Made by a program: the position numbers and the translations under genes
Assembly: GCA_905178155.1 (NCBI GenBank)
Contig: CAJINV010000015.1
Span: forward strand, 124,001 to 188,000
Source: Amoebophrya sp. A120
Lineage: Eukaryota > Protista > Dinoflagellata
Direction of reading: 5' to 3'
DNA: 64,000 nt
Shown: positions 36,501 through 42,500 of the stretch, one piece after another
Layout of the letters: each line of letters opens with the position of its first letter
Position numbering within the stretch: position 1 is the first letter of the stretch
The notes under the pieces: model-generated
Seen by the model: only the letters and a program-made list of their open reading frames with translations
Database searches by the model: none
Told to the model about the DNA's origin: nothing

Positions 36501-39500
36501 GTAATGCATATTCTGCACCTTCAATTCCCTATTTCCGCTCGGGAGGGTTTTTTTTCTGGCTTGGAGACCCCCTCCCACCCCCCCGATCTCGGATGTGCGT
36601 GAGCCCATGGGCTGGAACTTTCGCGAGACCAAACTAGATGGCAAGCGAGGTCCCCGCGCCCCCCCTGGAGGTGAAAACGAGGGTGGCCCTGTATTGTGAT
36701 CTGCAATCTGCATCACCCACGAAGCCTGTAACGCATCCCCTAGCATCTTCACAGATTTTATTTAGAGGGCTCCCTGATGCCTATTCCGCATGAGAAATGT
36801 TGCTCTCTCCACGCAGCACAAACTGGACTCCTTTTGCTGGTCATGCAATACAGATTTTTTTAGAATCCAAAGACAGCATCACAAAATTGGATCCTTCCGG
36901 AACCAGACATATTTGCAGTTGATAGTTTCGCGTACACGTCTGTCCAGTGGGCCTCCGTCACGCGGAACTTGTTATCGCAAGAAAAAAGTGTTACAGTTAC
37001 ACATTGTGTTGCAGCCCAAGCAAGACAGACCAGCTCTGTCATGCCGGATACGCATAGAAGCCTCGTTTAGGGTCATTGGTGTTTTCCCGTAGGATTTCTG
37101 TATTACGAGTTTTCTTTCTCATGCAGAGAAATTTGTGTTGCTGAATTGACTACAAATGTGTAAATGTAACACTTTTTTCCTGGGATACTTGTGCGTGGCA
37201 CGGTAGTAGTCAAGCAGCTCTTGCTTGGCGGCCAGCTGTTGTTTCAAAAGATTGTCCTCGTCCTCCTGCTCGTCTTCCATCATGGACTCGACTGGCTTTG
37301 CGTCGAAGTTGCTCTGCGCCGCCTCGTCAAAGTCGTCATCAAACAACACGCGGACGGCGCGCAAGTGTCGCTTTTCCTTCTCCAGATCGAACCTCACGTG
37401 GTCCTCGACCCAGGGGTCCAGCCGCCGTTGCCGCGCGCTCTCCGGCACATTCCGCAGCTCTACCGTGTCCTGCGGCATTTGGTCAATCGGCACCTCCGCA
37501 AAATTCAGGAGCGCTGGCGCGACTTTCGTGTCAAAATCGCCCGTCGTGACGCTCGGCTGGTCAAAGGCGTCGCCGTATCAGAGTGGAAAAATCCCCCACC
37601 TCATACTCAAAAGACAATTTGTGTTGCTGGATTTGTGTACACATATGAACTGTGTATTGCAGCAAGAGCTTTTAGGTATATTCTAAGCCCATGTGTGTAA
37701 GTACTACGCATCCGACTAGCAGCTGAGCATGAGAAACAAGCCTGCCATAGGCGAAAACGCATGACAGACTCGCTGTACAATGCGCCACATGGGTGCCGTT
37801 TGCCTTGTACGCAACACAAAGCTGATTTGTGGTCACAAATCAGCTTCACAAATTTCCTTTTCGATGTGGGGAGGGGATATTTTTCCTCGGAATACGCCGG
37901 TTTTTTCGTACAAAACCCTCCGGCGATTTTCCAGCTCCACACGCCACCAATAGGCCAGCTGCTTGTATCAAATGCAAATATGTCTGGGTCTGGAAGGATG
38001 CAAACTTGTGATGCGTACTTGGATCACACAAAAATCTGTCGTGCTTAGACAGCAAAGGGAGCTCCTTTTCCTGTCGCCGAATGAAGGTGTTTCTCATGCG
38101 GATTAAGCATAGGGAAACCGTCTCAAAGCCTGTGATGCTAGGCCTTGCATGGCACACCTTCTGTGTCAAGCAGACACAGCATCACAAACCTCAGCAATCT
38201 TCCAGACCCAGACATTTTTGCAATCCATAGCTTGTTGGGCATCACGAAGTGCAGCTTGCGCCGCACCCGTCGGGCCTTGAAAAAATTCGCGACAAGACGA
38301 GTGCCGTCGTCCGCGTTCATCTGCGATCGCAAAGCCTCTCGCATCTGCGTCACGTCGTCACTGGAAACGTGCAGATCCGGGTAGTGCCAGAACGCGATCT
38401 CTAAGATTTGTCCGTGCTCTTTTTCAATTTCGAGTCCCGACGCCGGGTCGACGATGGTCGTCCCCGTTTTCTTGTCACCAGTGACCGTGAACTGCAAGTC
38501 GCGTGTGAGCGCCGCTCCGCTCTGTAGCGGATCCTTGATCTGTCGGAACTCCGTATCCTGTGCAAAAGTATCGTATTCGTATAAGTGCAAGTCTTGCATT
38601 ACAGATATTTTTCTTAAGGTAAATCAGCATGACAAATTTCATTTCTCATGCTGAGAAAATTTGTAATGCATTTATACGAGTACAGTACTTTTGCAGTTCA
38701 TACTCCGTATCCGGCTCCAAAAGGATTCGCTGCACCAGGGTCGGTATCAAATGCAAAAGTGTCTGGGTCTGGAAGATTGCGAGATTTGTCATGCTTGTCT
38801 GACATGACCAAAAAGCTTGTGATGCGTGTCCAAGAAGAGACCCTTTTGCCTGTCATGCAAAGACGCAGTTTGTCATGCGAAAAACGCCACACAAAGGAGC
38901 GCCGATATCTCTCATGCTTGCCTGTGCATTACAGAGCATTCACTGTTCCCAACGCAGCATTACAAGTTTCCAGACCCAGACATTTTTGCAGTTGATAGTC
39001 GGCTTCGGTAAAGGCTTTTTCCCCTGCGGAAGCGTCTTGCTTTGGTATTCCTCGGGCGGTATCACACGGAAACAAGCAGGGAGGTCACATTTGTAATGCA
39101 AAAATAAATACACAAAAAAATCTGTAACTCCATATCCTAAACAGCATGTCACGTCGGGGCCCCCCATGACAGAGTTTTCTGTGTATTTATTTTTGCATTA
39201 CAAATTTGCCCTGCCTGCTGTCTTTTCTGGGATAGGCGGCAGATAGTCGTACGCTCCCTCGTCGATGTCCACCCGAGCGAAGATATCTAACATGTACTTG
39301 TGCGGATCGGTATGAACTGCAAAAGCATCGTACTAGTAGGAATTGCATCACAAATTGGCTTAGCATTTTTACAAATGAAATCTGTAATGCTGTTGCACCT
39401 TAGTAAGGAGATTTGTCATGGTGCATAATAGCAAAAATTACTACGAGTACGATACTTTTGCAGAGCATAATTGGTGCCATCGATCTTCCCCCCTGCGTCC

Positions 39501-42500
39501 GGGGTCTCCAGTATCACCCAGAAAAAAACTGGCAGGTCATATTTGTAGTGCAAAAATAAATAGACAAAAAAATTGGTATTGCGTTCCTAAATAGCATGCT
39601 ATGAGGCCGCCCATGACCACAGATCTCTCTGTGTGTTTATTTTTGCATTACAAATATGCCCTGCCAGCTTTTTTCTGTGGGATATCCAGGCGCGGGAAAA
39701 CCTCGCCGCGGATCCCGGGGGAGTCTTTATCAACTGCAAATATCCCTGGATTTGTCAGGAATAAACTTGTGATGCTGAAATGTGCATGACTGAAATACTT
39801 CCCAGTTGCGCAGCCAAGCATGACAAGTTTGCGGAATCGACTTTCTCATTCGCAGTCCGCATGAGAAACTGCGCTTTTGCATGACAAAAGGAGGCGTCGT
39901 TTTGTTAAGCTGTCATGCAATACAGATTTTACACGAATGATGTCGGACTAGCATTACAAGTTCGATCGATTTCCAGACCCAGACATATTTGCAATGCATA
40001 GTCGTTTAGCCAGTACCACTCTCCGAGGAAATTTCCGGGAATGGCGCTCTTCAACTTGGCTGGGATCTGTCTCATGTAGGCGTTAGACTCGAGAGATGTC
40101 AATTTCTGATTGTGGAACACGGGATTCTATCCTGTGCAAAAGTATCGTACTCGTAGTAATCGCAGTTATGCATTACAAATCTGCATCCCAATGCAAAACA
40201 GCATGACAAATTCCATTTGTCATGCTGAGCTAATTTGTATTGCAATTACTACTAGTACGATACTTTTGCAGTTCATAGATTCTCAATCAAGTTGTCCTGC
40301 AGCAGCTGGGAAAAGTAGGTCCTGAGCGGGTTCTTTCCGCTCCCAAAGCCCGCCGCGATGTCAATCAACTCTTTCTTTTCATTCATCGTGATCTTGGCCT
40401 GGAAAATGCGCTGCTGCAAAGTGGTGACCCAGGCCTGCGCTTCCGCGTGGCTGCCGGCCTGGAAGTACCAGGTGCGCTGCTGGCGGTGCAGGCGCGGCGG
40501 GGGCGGCGGCGCCGCAGCGTCCATCGGCTCATCTATCGTAGGGAAAAACGTCCCCACACCAGAGTCAAGATGGGAAATCTGCCAGACAAATCAACCAGCT
40601 TCGGTTGTTTCGCATGACAAGTTTGTCCTCGTAGTGTAATCCTGTTTAGCTAGTGCCGCAGCATCACAGACCTAGCATATCACGCTGATTATAAAATCAC
40701 AAATCCCAGAGCACAACTAGAAAACGCTTCTTTTGATGGGGCTCCGCATGAGAATCTTTTTTGACATGCAGATTTTATGAATGACAACTCTGGGGTGCGG
40801 ACGTTTTTCCTCTTATTATCATCCTGCTCGTCGTTCTCAAACTCTTCGTCAAAGACGGACCGCCGCTTGCTCAAATTAGAGCAGGTAGGGCCACCACGAG
40901 AAGCCGCGAGAAACCTGTTCTCCTGCTGTTCTTGCGAGCAAAAATCCCCTCTCCCCATATTGAAAAGGTATGTGTCCGAAAATTTGTGTTGCTGATTTGT
41001 GACCACAAATCAGGTTCGTCTTGCAAGAAGACAAGTGCAGAGGCATCCGCCCAATTGTGGAAGCGATTTGGCATGCTGTTGGTCCTAGAGGGTAGCCGTT
41101 TGCAATGCTAAACAACTAGACCTGAGCGCTCCCACCTAGGCTGCGGATATGGCCGCAGTGCCTTACCGCAAGACAAGTTGGATTTGTGTACGCGAATCAG
41201 CATCAGGAGTTTCCATTTTGATATGGGGAAGGGGGATTTTTCATTTTGATAGCTGTTCTTGCTCGTTCATGTTAGCGTCTTCGTCGTCCATTTCCTCCTC
41301 GTCGCAGCCGCCACTCCTATATCAAATGCAAATATGTCTGGGTCCTCTGGAAGCTTGTGATGCTAAAATGTGACTGGTGGCTGGACTGCAATACGCAGCC
41401 AAGCATGACAAATTTTTCAACTACTACTGTATTTCGTTTTCCGCATGGCAAACTGCGTTTTTGCATGACAGGCAAGACGCCATCTTCCTGCTCATGCATT
41501 ACAGATTTATGAGTCATGCCAGACAAGCATGAGAAACTTGCAGTCTTCCAGACCCAGACATATTTGCAGTTCATATCCCACCCTGCGCCAGAGCTGCCGG
41601 GTCCGGTTTTTTCAGTTGGTAGTCCCAGGCCTCGATTTTGAAGACGGTGCCGTCGGCCCGTCCGCCGTGGGCGTTTTCATAGAAAATCTCTGCGACAGAG
41701 TCGTGCTCGAGGAAAATTTCGGTCCACTGCAGCTTGCCTTCCAAACTCGTCTGCAGTTCGAAGTCCTCGGGCGTATTATCGCAGGAAAAAAGTGTTACAG
41801 TTTGTTACACATTTGTTCTTGGAGTTTCTGCATTACAAAGTTGCTCGACATGGCAACGAAAACCTGTGATGTGCAGACTCTAAGGGAAAACACAAATGAA
41901 ATGAGGCTGGCATGCATTATTTCCTGCATGACAGAGGTTGTCTGTCTTGCTTGTCTTCCATCAGAGTGTGTAACTGTAACAGTTTTTTCTCGGGATACGT
42001 GTTCAGCTTTCCCGACTGCGCAAACGCTAGCACCGTCGAGAGCCCGAGGGTAGGAGGTCTCCAAGAAAAAAACGTTGTTAGTCTAAATTTGTGATGCGCA
42101 ACATGCAAGATGATTGCGTCTGTCATGCTTGGCATGCATCTTAGGGTCCATTAAAGGGCGTTTTCGCGTACTATCTGCGCATGACAGGTTTTTGCTGTCA
42201 TGCCAGAAAAATTTGTAATGCGGTTCCTCCAAAAAAGTTACACCTACAATGTTTTTTTCTTGGATAGGAGGCTTGTTCCTTTCACTGTTGCCGTTCAAAT
42301 CTTTCATCAGCTGCTTTTTCCGGTACCCGGTATGAGAGTACACAACTTTCCCTTCCCCTCATTTGGATAGCATAACCCGCATTTGCATTTCACAAGCAAT
42401 GGCACAAATGTGGCTGCCGCATGAGAAATCTTTCACGTACGGACTGTAGTGCGGTTGCTGGGGCAACGAGAACTTGAACTTGTCATGCATTTGGTGCCAA

